Shown piece by piece: positions 22,393-33,030 of a DNA stretch of 64,000 nt. The stretch comes from Nitrosopumilus sp. (lineage in GTDB: Archaea; Thermoproteota; Nitrososphaeria; Nitrososphaerales; Nitrosopumilaceae): NCBI GenBank assembly GCA_965214775.1, contig OZ243974.1, positions 1,760,001 through 1,824,000 of the forward strand, written 5' to 3'. The notes below the pieces were generated by a model, which was not told the DNA's origin, searched no databases, and was given only the letters and a program-made list of their open reading frames with translations. Position 1 is the first letter of the stretch, and each line of letters opens with the position of its first letter. Position numbers and translations under genes: made by a program.

Positions 22393-22734
22393 TCACCAGA
22401 TGAATCTTGGAGGAAGGCATCGTGTGGGAATGGCAAACCGTTGGAGAGGGCACTCGGTCAGACCACCCGTGTTCTTTCTCACACTGTGCGGCAGATTCGG
22501 AGATCCTCCACATGAACTTTTGACATACGATATCAGTCCCTGCCGTAGGTCGACTTGTGATCGCACACTTAAAAACTCAATCGTGTCACTGTTCCAGTCA
22601 ACATTGTATATTATTCTGTATTTGTTTCCTACATCATCAGCCAAGTGAAATGTAAATGAGAATTGCTGTTTTGTCCTGATATTGAAGCATCGTGCCTCCT
22701 GCCCGGATTCTGTTTTTACCCGACTTTCTGGCAC
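22393..22734 (-). pseudogene. possible RelE/ParE-like toxin remnant
   Basis: GNKYRIIYNVDWNSDTIEFLSV segment only. Confidence 0.35.
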
Positions 22735-22804
22735 ATTTCACTTGGCTGGGATTTCAAGTACAGTGTGACGATGTCAGAAAAGATGGCCCGGTCACAGAAA
22801 AAGA

Positions 22805-23017
22805 TTATAAGAGTTTTACAAAGTCATCTTCTGAGATTCCAGCTTGAACAAGAATGCTGCGCAGTGTTGGCATTGCAATTGGAGAGTGTCTTGGAACGGA
22901 GATTATTTTTCCGCCTTTTTTCAAAATCAAGTGACTTCCTCTCTGCCTTGTCACCCCAAAGCCGAACCTGTTCAAAACTCTTATGACCTTGCGCCAATCA
23001 TGATTGTACAGGTTCAT
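22805..23017 (-). CDS. hicA: HicA-family toxin
   Basis: GFGVTRQRGSH...VPRH...TLRSILVQAGI. Confidence 0.9.
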   Translation of the reverse strand: MNLYNHDWRKVIRVLNRFGFGVTRQRGSHLILKKGGKIISVPRHSPIAMPTLRSILVQAGISEDDFVKLL

Positions 23018-23020
23018 TGC

Positions 23021-23230
23021 CTAGTCTCGAACTATTTCGATGGTAATCGTTCCTGATTTGGAGGATCTTTTAATCTCTTCCAAAACCAATTCGACAGCTT
23101 CTTTCATGTTGGCCTTTAGTTCATCCAAGGTCTTTCCTTCGCTAATTGCCCCTGGAAGTTCCAGACACTGCCCGGTAAACCCCTCAGAATGCTCTGTGAC
23201 TTTGATGTTGTAGACCTGAACCGTCTCCAT
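23021..23230 (-). CDS. hicB: HicB-family antitoxin
   Basis: LELPGAISEGKTLDELKANMKEA. Confidence 0.9.
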   Translation of the reverse strand: METVQVYNIKVTEHSEGFTGQCLELPGAISEGKTLDELKANMKEAVELVLEEIKRSSKSGTITIEIVRD

Positions 23231-23273
23231 GTTCTTCTCTATCCATTTGAATAATTAAGGGTTTGTCGTTTTG

Positions 23274-24574
23274 CAGTCTTCCCAGAAGTAACTCAGGGAG
23301 GCACCGGTGGAGGTGGTTGGGGCAGCATCCTATAGTCCGATATGCCGCGCTTGATCACGTCATTGAGGCACTGCTGGGTGATCAGTGGATCCTCGGTGAT
23401 GATCCCCGTCATGATCCTCATCATCGCGTTTGCCATGACCCACGCGTTGAAGACTGCAACCGAGTACACAAAGTACAGCATCCTTGCATCGGGGCTCTTG
23501 CTGTGGGTCCTGACCCTTGCGTTCTCTATCATCCTGTATCCAGTCTCGATCCCCCACCTGCTACTGTACTCGTCCGGATCTATTCCGGACACGTTGGTCG
23601 CAAATCCGATGAGCCGCTCGTGCGCCGGCAGCTTTTCCACATCGGTCTTGCCTGATCTCTTCTTCCTTCTCTTTGTGATGACCATCATGTACCGTGTGGA
23701 TTCGGTGGTGCCGGATATGACCGATTTGACCTCCCTTCTTCTTTTTTTCACGTCGTCATTCTCGTTGAGGGTGGCAACGACTGTATCCGTGTTCTTGCAC
23801 GGTATGATACATCTGACATCGGCCATATCCAGCTCGGAGATGACTGCGGCCGAAAAGAACTCGCGATCCAGCATCACGACTCCGAGCTCGGCCCCCGCGC
23901 GGCGTGCAGAATCGATGATTTTACGCACGAAATCGGCCGTATCCTCAAGGGCCGGCATGTGCAGTGCTCCCAGCACAAGGCGGCAGTGCTTTACGATGCA
24001 CTGTATGGTGATGTAACGCTCAAAGACTATCGTCCCGCTCTTCTTCTTGGAGCGTACAAGCTCACTACCGTACTTTTTGTCATAGCGCGGTATCAGGTGC
24101 ATGTCTATTGCCGCATCCGTCTTTTGGCCATTTGTGATCATCCCCATATCCCTCAGCTGGTTCAGCTGCCGGCCCACGGTTTCTGCAAGGCAGCCTTGGA
24201 TCTGGCCGGGCTTGGATCTTATGGCGACACTGCGGATCCACTCGTCGGTGGGATTGCGGGGCATTCCGGGTACTACCGGCACGTCACGTGCAGACATCGT
24301 GCAGCCTGCCACCTGCCCGTTGGACACGGCCGCGCGCGTCAGGCACCTGATAAAGTTGTCTGCAACATAGATGGCGTTGTGCTTGTCTGATGTCTTGATG
24401 CACGGGGCCATGCCGTCGCTGACGGTCTTTAGGATATCTTGATATATGCGCGGGTTGTTAAGGGCATCACGTCTCAGTTGGTTCTTTTGGTAAGGCATGA
24501 GTACCTTCTGGGACTGCCCTAATTGATCTGTTTCGGTCAAAATTGGCTATTTTGGGTTACTTCTGGGAAGACTG
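23274..24574 (-). mobile_element. ISH3-family element, transposase 23293-24540
   Basis: IR CAGTCTTCCCAGAAGTAAC; DREFF and YSSRWGIETGYR; no matching TSD. Confidence 0.92.
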
Positions 24575-24635
24575 AACAAACTAGTTACTATAAAAAAGCC
24601 CGAATCACCATCGACTACAGGAGATCATAGTTATC

Positions 24636-26348
24636 ATGGACGACAAAATAAAAGAGGAGATCCGAAAAATGGCGCTGCAAAATGCGTTTGAGCACGGCAG
24701 CCAAACCCAAGACAAGATAATTTTAGGAAAAATTTTAGGCACAAAGCCGGAATTTAGGACAAAAGTAAAAGAAGTCTCCAAAATAGTTTCAGAAGTCGTT
24801 GCCTCAGTAAATCAGCTATCAGTCAGAGAGCAGCAAGACGAGATTGAAAGGGAATTTCCAGAGCTGCTAAGGCCAAGAGAAAAGGTTCAAGAGAAAGAGG
24901 GGTTGCCCGAGCTTCCAGAGGCAAAACAAGGCAAAGTAGTTACGAGGTTTCCGCCAGAGCCAAACGGCTATCCGCATATAGGACATGCAAAGGCGGCAAT
25001 CATAAACTCCCAATATGCAAAAATGTACGGAGGAAAATTTATCCTGAGAATGGATGATACAAACCCGGAAGCAGAAAGAATGGAATATCACGCGGCCATC
25101 AAGGTTGGGTTGGAGTGGCTTGGAATAAAGTTTGATCAGATAAAGAGCACGTCTGATGACATGGAGGTGTTCTATGAGAAAGGGCTGGAATTGATAAACC
25201 TGGGAAAGGCGTACGTCTGTACCTGTAAAAGGGACGACATTGGAAAAAATCGAAGGGAAAGAAAAGCATGCAGATGCAGTTTTGAAGACATTGAAAAAAA
25301 TAATAAAAACTGGGACAAGATGAATGAAAAGTTCAAGCCGGGGGAGGCCATTGTAAGGTTCAGGGGAGACATGAAGGCAGACAATGCCGTGATGAGGGAT
25401 CCCGTCCTGTTTAGAATCATAGACGGAAAGCACTATACAGTCGGAGACAGGTACAGAGTTTGGCCCAGCTACGATATGGCAGTTGCCATAGAAGACAGCA
25501 TTGACGGAGTGACTCACGCGTTTCGTTCAAAAGAGTTTGAGTTGAGAAAGGAGCTGACTGATGCAATCCTGGATGCCTTGGAAATGAGAAAGCCATACCA
25601 GGGCTTTTTTTCAAGGTTAGAGTTCAAGGGAATGCCGATTTCAAAGAGAGTCATCAAGCCGCTGATTGAACAGGGCAAGGTATCCTGGTATGATGATCCA
25701 AGGCTTCCAACATTAGAGGCGTTGCGCAGAAGGGGAATAAGGCCCGAGGCCATCAGAATATTCATCATGTCATTGGGACTGACAAAGGCAAACACTCTTG
25801 CCCCGTTTGACGCGTTAGAGGCATTCAACAGGAGGCTTGTTGATGCGTCAAGCAAGAGACTGTTCATGGTAACCCGTGCAAAGAAACTGACTGTGAATAA
25901 TTTGCCGCCAACTGCAGTTGAGATTCCAAACCACCCTGTAAATGACATGGGCAAAAGAAGAATCGAGATAGATTCAGGCTTTTACATTGCAGGGGAAGAC
26001 GCCGAGACAATCAAGGAAGGAATGCAGATCAGGCTTTTAGGACTAGGGGACGTTTTAGTGACAAGAGCAGCCGGCTCTGAACTCGAGGGGGATTTTCTCG
26101 TGGATGGCAGTGCAGCAGATGTTCCAAAAATTCAATGGGTGCCGCAAAAAAACGCCCATGAGATAAAGATGATCATTCCAAAAACGCTGTTTGAAGGAGA
26201 GAAATTCAACGAAGACAGCCTAGAAGAATTGCACGCATATACTGAGCCTCACTACCTACAATTAAAAGAAGGGGAAGAGATTCAATTTGTCAGATTTGGA
26301 TATTGCAGAAAAGATTCGCAGAATCAGGCCATTTTTACACACAAGTGA
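24636..26348 (+). CDS. gltX: glutamate--tRNA ligase
   Basis: RFPPEPNGYPHIGH, ISKR. Confidence 0.97.
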   Translation: MDDKIKEEIRKMALQNAFEHGSQTQDKIILGKILGTKPEFRTKVKEVSKIVSEVVASVNQLSVREQQDEIEREFPELLRPREKVQEKEGLPELPEAKQGKVVTRFPPEPNGYPHIGHAKAAIINSQYAKMYGGKFILRMDDTNPEAERMEYHAAIKVGLEWLGIKFDQIKSTSDDMEVFYEKGLELINLGKAYVCTCKRDDIGKNRRERKACRCSFEDIEKNNKNWDKMNEKFKPGEAIVRFRGDMKADNAVMRDPVLFRIIDGKHYTVGDRYRVWPSYDMAVAIEDSIDGVTHAFRSKEFELRKELTDAILDALEMRKPYQGFFSRLEFKGMPISKRVIKPLIEQGKVSWYDDPRLPTLEALRRRGIRPEAIRIFIMSLGLTKANTLAPFDALEAFNRRLVDASSKRLFMVTRAKKLTVNNLPPTAVEIPNHPVNDMGKRRIEIDSGFYIAGEDAETIKEGMQIRLLGLGDVLVTRAAGSELEGDFLVDGSAADVPKIQWVPQKNAHEIKMIIPKTLFEGEKFNEDSLEELHAYTEPHYLQLKEGEEIQFVRFGYCRKDSQNQAIFTHK

Positions 26349-26354
26349 CCAGTC

Positions 26355-27290
26355 ATGAGAATTGCACGATTATTGTTGCTATCATCATCATCAACATCGT
26401 CATCAACGTCATCGTCATCAACATCGTCATCAACATCACCATACAAGTCTAATGAGACATACGGATTTGTAAACGGGGACAAGGTTGCAACAAAAGATGA
26501 AATCGCATACCTTACAGGCGTGCCAATTCCTCAAAATGTAAAAGATTTTTTGTTTGACGGATGGTACGAAGAGATCAAAGGCAGGCTTGACGAGCTGCCA
26601 TATGAAGAAGATCTTTCAAAATTCAAGATTTTGCCGCCAATTCCCAATCCAAACAAGATAATTTGCCTGGCATACAATTACGTTGATCACGCCAAGGAAC
26701 AGGGGCTAAAGGCCCCCAAAGATCCTGCATTGGTAATAAAACCCAGAACTGCGCTAAACAGCACACACTCAGAAATCATATGTCCGGATTTTGTCACCCA
26801 GTTGGATTACGAGGTGGAACTGGCCCTGATTATTGGAAAAAACTGCAAGGACGTTTCAGTAAAAGAGGCACCAGACAAAATTTTCGGATACATGGTATTC
26901 AACGATGTTTCTGCAAGGGACATACAGTTCAAAGACAAGCAGTTTACAAGGGGGAAAAGCTTTGACTCTTTTGCGCCGTGCGGGCCATGGATTACAACGG
27001 CCGATGAAATCAGAGATCCCCAAAATCTAAGACTGACAACGAAAATCAACGGCGAGATCAGGCAGGACTCGTCAACTAGCAACATGTTTATCAAAATCCC
27101 GGAAATAATCTCCAAAATTTCCAAAGTAATGACCCTTGAGAAGGGGGACATCATCTCTACGGGGACACCGGCAGGAGTGATGCTCAACAAACCCAATGCG
27201 GTATTTCTAAAGGACGGAGACAAGGTGGAAATGGAGATAGAGAGTCTGGGCAAACTTTACAACACCGTCAGATTTACAAGATCAGGCTAG
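26355..27290 (+). CDS. fumarylacetoacetate hydrolase family protein
   Basis: DYEVEL, NDVSARD, GKSFD, GTPAGV; poly-Ser insert near the N-terminus. Confidence 0.93.
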   Translation: MRIARLLLLSSSSTSSSTSSSSTSSSTSPYKSNETYGFVNGDKVATKDEIAYLTGVPIPQNVKDFLFDGWYEEIKGRLDELPYEEDLSKFKILPPIPNPNKIICLAYNYVDHAKEQGLKAPKDPALVIKPRTALNSTHSEIICPDFVTQLDYEVELALIIGKNCKDVSVKEAPDKIFGYMVFNDVSARDIQFKDKQFTRGKSFDSFAPCGPWITTADEIRDPQNLRLTTKINGEIRQDSSTSNMFIKIPEIISKISKVMTLEKGDIISTGTPAGVMLNKPNAVFLKDGDKVEMEIESLGKLYNTVRFTRSG

Positions 27291-27605
27291 GCAAGGAATT
27301 TTTTTTGACAAATGAAAAGTTAGTCGGCGCTCTAATCCTTCATGGTCTGGCAACTCTTCATTTGTCAGAACTTGAATTCTTTCAAGCCTAGCATCCACGC
27401 CAAAATTTTGCATGTATGACAAAATGTCAGAGGTGGGTTCCAGGCTGTTAGAAAACAATGTCGCAGTTAAAGCATTGTCAAAATGTTCAGATTCTGTCAG
27501 AGCAGATAATATGCTGGTAACCATATGTGTCTCAAAAACAAAATTCAGATGGTACCAAGATAAAAGGCAATGCAAACAGACAGATTAGCGCAAAAAAAAG
27601 GATAT

Positions 27606-27795
27606 GTGTGAAATCAAAGGCGGAGCAGCAGTATGTCGGCCTGGACGTGCACAAGGAGTCCATCCAGGTCGCGGTGATGGACAAGGACGGCAAGGTCCTG
27701 GGGAATACAAAAATAAGCAACAGGAACAGCGAGATAAGAGAGATGTTTGCAAAGATTCCGGATAACACCAGGTGCGTCATGGAGTCCTCGTATGC
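27606..27795 (+). pseudogene. IS110 transposase N-terminal fragment
   Basis: YVGLDVHKESIQVAVMD...VMESS. Confidence 0.8.
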
Positions 27796-28096
27796 TAAAG
27801 AAATAGATGGCCTTCAGTCAGTGCATAGTGGACATGCGTGTGAAATGAACGTCATCATCATTATTATTATTGTCATTACAGTTAGAACTTTAATCTGCGT
27901 TGATGTAGTTGAGGGAGATCCTCGTTTAGTAACTGCAGAACGGTTCTGACAAATGGATGAAGAATGGTACTGAGGGAGATCCTCGTATAGATAAGTGTCC
28001 GACCTTCATTTTGTGATTGTCAGGAAGAGACCCCCAGCCAAAGCCATACTTCACAACACCGTTACGCGTGGAATCCTTATAAGCACGACACATAGA

Positions 28097-28241
28097 TACA
28101 ACATCAGGCCCTCCGTAAAATCAGGCGTGAACAGGAAATTTGGATGAATGTTTTACGCCTAGAAAGTTGAGGATCCGGTGTTGTGCTCGATTTATAATTT
28201 AGAACGAATTCAAGTGAAAAATCGAGTTATGCAACAAACTA
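28097..28241. mobile_element. MITE family C followed by a half copy of MITE family I
   Basis: Homology to 12194-12282 and to 52718-52770 (GTTATGCAACAAACTA). Confidence 0.7.
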
Positions 28242-28565
28242 CGTATGGGGGCAACGTTATAGACCACCAGGGGTGGGATGAGGGTTCAGTACGCGTAATC
28301 AGGCATGACTATGTCGGGTTTCTGACGGAGTTTATGGACGCCATGGGCTTTGAGGGCTGGGGCTTTTACTGTCTATACGAATGCAGGCACCAATTTGGCC
28401 ATGATCGCTTTGAGTACACGCTGATCAATGGGGCGACATCCGATGAGAAGCATGACAGAGTAGGAAACGCTGAAACATACGGGCCTACCATGGATCTCAT
28501 CAAGGCATATCTTGGGCATATACATGGCGACCGGCCGTGTCAGTTCAGAATATAGCGATGAACAC

Positions 28566-29301
28566 ATGGAAACCAAATCAAAACTAGCGGACATGTACCA
28601 CACCGCAGAGGAGATCATCAACAATTATCCAAAATACAAGGAACATTTCTTGGAGTGGCTGGAATACTTGTACGAGTTTATCCCTTAGGCGTCACTGCTG
28701 TCTGGAACCTTCATGATCACGCCTGACCCGCCGTATCTCAGGTGAGGGATAAACTCCTACGGAATACTTCCCTAGTCCGTTAAAGACCACATACAACGGC
28801 ACGGGCAACATATACTTCAAATTCGGCTCCGGTTCTACCGTAATGCGGTTTAACGGGTGGTCTGACTATGCCGTACCGGATCCCATCCTGAACAGGATCG
28901 AGGCCATAAAGAGGGCGCTGGAGTTTGCCCGTACCGACGAATTCATGCTGGACAGGTGCGTCATCGACGTGCCGGACAGATCCGAGGAGGACAAACCGCG
29001 GTACGTCTGTCTCAAGCAGGTGGCATCTACCCCGTTCTGGAAGGTGGACGGGATATCGTGCAGCAGCGGCCACGGCGTGCTGATATACGTGGATGCACTG
29101 GACGGGAGGACCGTCTGGTTTAAGGGTGATGGCGAAAGTGCCTCCGGCAAGAAATACAGGCAATCACTACTTGACGATCAAGGCGTCTGGTTTTTGGAGG
29201 GAGATGACATCGTGTTTGCCAAGGACTGGCCGATGGTACATAGACGAGACTCACTGGCTTTTGGAGGACCAGATAAGGAGATAGGAATCATGACCAACTA
29301 A
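28566..29301 (+). pseudogene. hypothetical protein split by MITE F (28670-28760)
   Basis: 9-bp TSD GGAATACTT; removal joins METKSKLAD...WLEYF to ORF 28843-29301. Confidence 0.75.
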
Positions 29302-29304
29302 CCC

Positions 29305-29394
29305 GTAGTGCGTACAGTTGAAAATGGAATATTTTTTTGGCGAAATAGGCACGATGTGTCAAAATCATATTCCATTTTTTGATGTTGGTACTAC
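29305..29394. mobile_element. MITE family G
   Basis: GTAGTGCG...GTACTAC ends; homologous copy at 38937-39026. Confidence 0.75.
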
Positions 29395-30295
29395 AGGCAG
29401 CACGACAAACGACCATGCGTTTACGGTGAGGACATCCACCACGGGAGAGCGCGACATGGTCGACTCGGTGCTTGACGAGCTGCGCGTGTACGGCGCCGAG
29501 CTGTCGGCCCGGCAGGTGCGGCTGCTGCATGCAGCGGGCCTCGGCTAGCTTGTGCGATCACGGCGGACTGAATCCTCGCAGGAGTCTACCATTGGAGAAT
29601 TACCTGTGCGGGTCTTCGCGACCATGCTCCCCACGCCATATCTTCGAAATATCTATGTACGAAAAGTCATTCATTCCCTATCCTAGCATGTAAAGTCGAC
29701 AGCAGGACAGATGCGGATGTGGCGCTTGGTTTCTAATTCCAGATCATCTCTCAGGAATCAACACATATTGGATGTGATAATTCTAAATCAATAGTTTTGT
29801 CAAATTGTACTTTAACGCCAGGGACTGCCTTTGGCAACAGCAGATAAAATTTCCATGTTTCAATGATGGAATATCCTAATGATTCGGCTAGGTTCAATGA
29901 GGCAACACTAGATGTGCCAATTAACACAAGCGATGTCACAATTTTGTTTTCCAAACCAATTTTTTCAGAGAAAAGGGTTAGTTCAGACGTAATTTTTTGT
30001 CGTCCATGGTTTGGCGAAACTCTGATTCCCTCTCCGAAGTTGATTTCCGGATTTTAAAGCATAACAAATGCCAACGGGCCATTACTTTTCAAAAACTAGA
30101 AGGGTACCTTCTTCTTTTATTCAATGATCCCAGACAGATTCAATATAATCCCCCCCATGAGAACGTGGTTTGGCAGAATTTCAGGACCGTATCCTTGTCA
30201 TAGCGTGTGGCCCTTCTAATCATTTGAATTCAGCACCAGCACCAGCACCATCATCATACAAAAAAATATTAAGAAACACGGGATAAAAACATCAA

Positions 30296-30604
30296 ATGGG
30301 AAGAATTATCGCAGGCAAAACCTCAGATATCCCTCCAGGAAAGATGATCAAAGTGTCAATTGACGGAAGAGACATCCTAGTGGCAAATGTTGACGGAAGA
30401 TATTGCGCTACTGACGACACATGCACGCATTCAGGAGCAAGCCTCTCTGAAGGCAAATTAGACGGGTGTACCATCACGTGTGGCTGGCACAGTGCAGAAT
30501 TTGACTGCAAGACAGGCAAATTGACAAAATTTCCAGCAAAAATCAGGGATTTGACCTCGTACAATGTTTTGGTGGAATCTGACAGCGTGTTTGTAGAGAT
30601 GTAA
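30296..30604 (+). CDS. Rieske-type ferredoxin
   Basis: CTH...CGWH. Confidence 0.92.
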   Translation: MGRIIAGKTSDIPPGKMIKVSIDGRDILVANVDGRYCATDDTCTHSGASLSEGKLDGCTITCGWHSAEFDCKTGKLTKFPAKIRDLTSYNVLVESDSVFVEM

Positions 30605-30631
30605 CTATATACCTCTAATTTTTAACAAAAG

Positions 30632-30910
30632 GTGGAAAAAATGGCAGACAATGCTCAAAACAAAGAATCAATGAAGGAGGCAATCGAGACGCTAAATCAA
30701 GTTGCCTCAAACAATTCCACCCCAAAGACCATCAAAAAGTCAATTACGGATTTGATTACAGGCCTGAACAGCGAGGAATACTCGTTGTCAGTAAGGGCTG
30801 CAAACACAATTAGTCTGTTAGACGACGTAACGCAAGACCCAAACATGCCGTCTTATGTCAGAACGCAGTTGTGGCAGGCAGTTTCAAAACTAGAAAGCAT
30901 AAGAGAATAA
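30632..30910 (+). CDS. UPF0147 family protein
   Basis: DPNMPSYVRTQLWQAVSKLE. Confidence 0.88.
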   Translation: MEKMADNAQNKESMKEAIETLNQVASNNSTPKTIKKSITDLITGLNSEEYSLSVRAANTISLLDDVTQDPNMPSYVRTQLWQAVSKLESIRE

Positions 30911-30935
30911 ATTCCGTATTGTCGTAGAGCCAGCG

Positions 30936-31697
30936 TTGAGGATAGAAGAATACCTGGAAACATTGCCTGAGAATCTGCTAAGCGGCGAGGACGTACAGCT
31001 GCCCAAAAAATCACTTCAGGAAATCTTTAGGTTCGTGGAACTGGGGGAAAACGACGTTTTTTATCATCTTGGATGCGGTGATGGAACGGGAGTTCGGATT
31101 GCCAAACAGGAGTTTAATGCAAAAAAAGCGGTGGGAATAGACAGCAACCGGGAAAAAATCGAGGATGCAAGAGACAACATCAAAGAGAAAAACGTTGATG
31201 CCGAATTTAGGTGTCAAGACATTCAAGATGCTGATTTGAGCGGTGCGTCGGTAATCCTGTTCTGGTTTGCAGATGATGAGATAATCAGCAAAATGCTTGA
31301 GAAATTTGAAAGTCTGGATGACGGAACCAGGATAATTACCATATGGGGTCCGCTTCCCGGCTGCCTGCCTGAAAAGGCAAACTTTCCATACATCCTAAAC
31401 AAAACCCCGTTTGCCAAGGCAAAGACAATGCAGGAGCAGCTTTTGGCTGTTTTCGGAGTCAAATGCGTGGATTTTGTCACTGCCTGGGAATTTGCAGAAA
31501 GATACACAAAATCCATAGGAAGTCCGGAGATCAAAAACGACCGGTTTTTGACAATTATTCAGACACTGGTAATCTGGATAAATGCAAAAAAATCAGGAGT
31601 TGCATGCGGAGACGGCATACCGGAGTCAATTCAGACGTACATCAACATCATGAAGGCGCATTTTGATATAGACTTTGAGCATCTGCTAAAAGATTGA
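30936..31697 (+). CDS. SAM-dependent methyltransferase
   Basis: FYHLGCGDG, GID. Confidence 0.85.
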   Translation: MRIEEYLETLPENLLSGEDVQLPKKSLQEIFRFVELGENDVFYHLGCGDGTGVRIAKQEFNAKKAVGIDSNREKIEDARDNIKEKNVDAEFRCQDIQDADLSGASVILFWFADDEIISKMLEKFESLDDGTRIITIWGPLPGCLPEKANFPYILNKTPFAKAKTMQEQLLAVFGVKCVDFVTAWEFAERYTKSIGSPEIKNDRFLTIIQTLVIWINAKKSGVACGDGIPESIQTYINIMKAHFDIDFEHLLKD

Positions 31698-31742
31698 TTT
31701 GGTTTGTGCAATCCTTTTATCTTGTTTTGATGATACAAAGTC

Positions 31743-32090
31743 ATGGATGAAAGGATAAACATCAACGTATCTGCCGTAGATTATGACAAGACAAGCAAGG
31801 CACTGACTCATCAGCTGGCACTGCTAGAAGAGATGGCCCACAGCCAGGAAGATTTTGTGATGACGGATTCGGAATTTGCCTTTGGATGGCATTTTTTCGT
31901 GCTTGGCGTAAACAGATCACTGGTTTTGAAGCTGGCCGAAATGATGGGGCCGGATTTTGAAAAACTAAAGGGGAGGGGCCCGGAGAAGAAATTCCTCACA
32001 TGGCTGACAAAAAATGTCGAAGGCAAGTCTCCCAGGTTCAAACTGGCAATCAAAGAAGAGATGGAGTCCAGCAAATACGGTATTTTTTAA
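31743..32090 (+). CDS. conserved hypothetical protein
   Basis: Clean ORF with host-like composition in a core cluster. Confidence 0.7.
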   Translation: MDERININVSAVDYDKTSKALTHQLALLEEMAHSQEDFVMTDSEFAFGWHFFVLGVNRSLVLKLAEMMGPDFEKLKGRGPEKKFLTWLTKNVEGKSPRFKLAIKEEMESSKYGIF

Positions 32091-32101
32091 AAAATCAGAG
32101 G

Positions 32102-32173
32102 GGCCCTCGAGGGGAATCGAACTCCTGTCCGAGGATCCACAATCCTCTATACTAACCACTGTACTACGAAGGC
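32102..32173 (-). tRNA. tRNA-His(GTG)
   Basis: GCCTTCG/CGAGGGC acceptor stem, GAGGA-TTGTGGA-TCCTC anticodon arm, TTCGA T-loop, C discriminator. Confidence 0.95.
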
Positions 32174-32743
32174 CACAATAAAGAAAAATTCCGTATCCAG
32201 TAATAACCTTTGAGTTCAAACGGGAATCCAGTCTTCAGATGCATGCACATATGACCCATGGCGCCGCCGTGCAAAAAGACGGCGGCAACAGCACGTTGCG
32301 GGTAACTGATCGGGTTATGGAAGCTGTTTCTTATTTTAGGCACAGATTCCATTTTGATCGGCATTCATTGGTGAGAAAATTCATGCCTGAACTTCCAGGG
32401 ATTAACCTGCTACGAATTTTTTTCTGTTTGAAAAAACACTACATAAAATGCAGATATGCCAGGTTTCGATTCAAGGAAAAAGAAACGATGCCTCAATCAC
32501 AGCTAAATGAAAAGTACTGAAAAATCGAATAAGAGCAAAATCTGGGCAAGAGGCACGATGCCTCAACATAATGACAAAACAATAAACATCATTTACATTG
32601 CAGTTAGCTGAGACAGCAGCAAAGCCAAAGCTGCTCACGGCTCTGCAAAATCAACTAAAAGAACAAGAGAGGCAAGATAGGCAAAAGAACAGACAAAGAA
32701 AGATACAAGGCATCTACAAGGCCAAGTCAGAAAACCCCACAAA

Positions 32744-32974
32744 TCACAGAGAGCCTTCTGCCTGTCTTCTCATAAAATTTGACTCTGCACGTTTTAACTT
32801 GGATGATTCAGAAACGTCTTCGGCCATATCGTAAAGATCATGCAATTGCATGCCAGCAGATAATTCATCCTCGTTTTCATCGTCAATATCATGCTCCAGA
32901 TTAGCTAGAATCTCGACGCTTTCCTGTAAAATATCAAGACATTTTTTGACTGCCTCAGGCAAATCGTCTCCCAT
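32744..32974 (-). CDS. acidic hypothetical protein
   Basis: ORF downstream of the LLM gene. Confidence 0.55.
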   Translation of the reverse strand: MGDDLPEAVKKCLDILQESVEILANLEHDIDDENEDELSAGMQLHDLYDMAEDVSESSKLKRAESNFMRRQAEGSL

Positions 32975-33030
32975 ACTAGTAGAAAACGGGGATACGGTAA
33001 ATGGTTTTCTGTATGTTGTACGACAAGACG

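Noticed and set aside
29751-30203. Possible minus-strand gene remnant next to an IS5/MITE A end
   Set aside because: No recognisable motif; could not assign a product.
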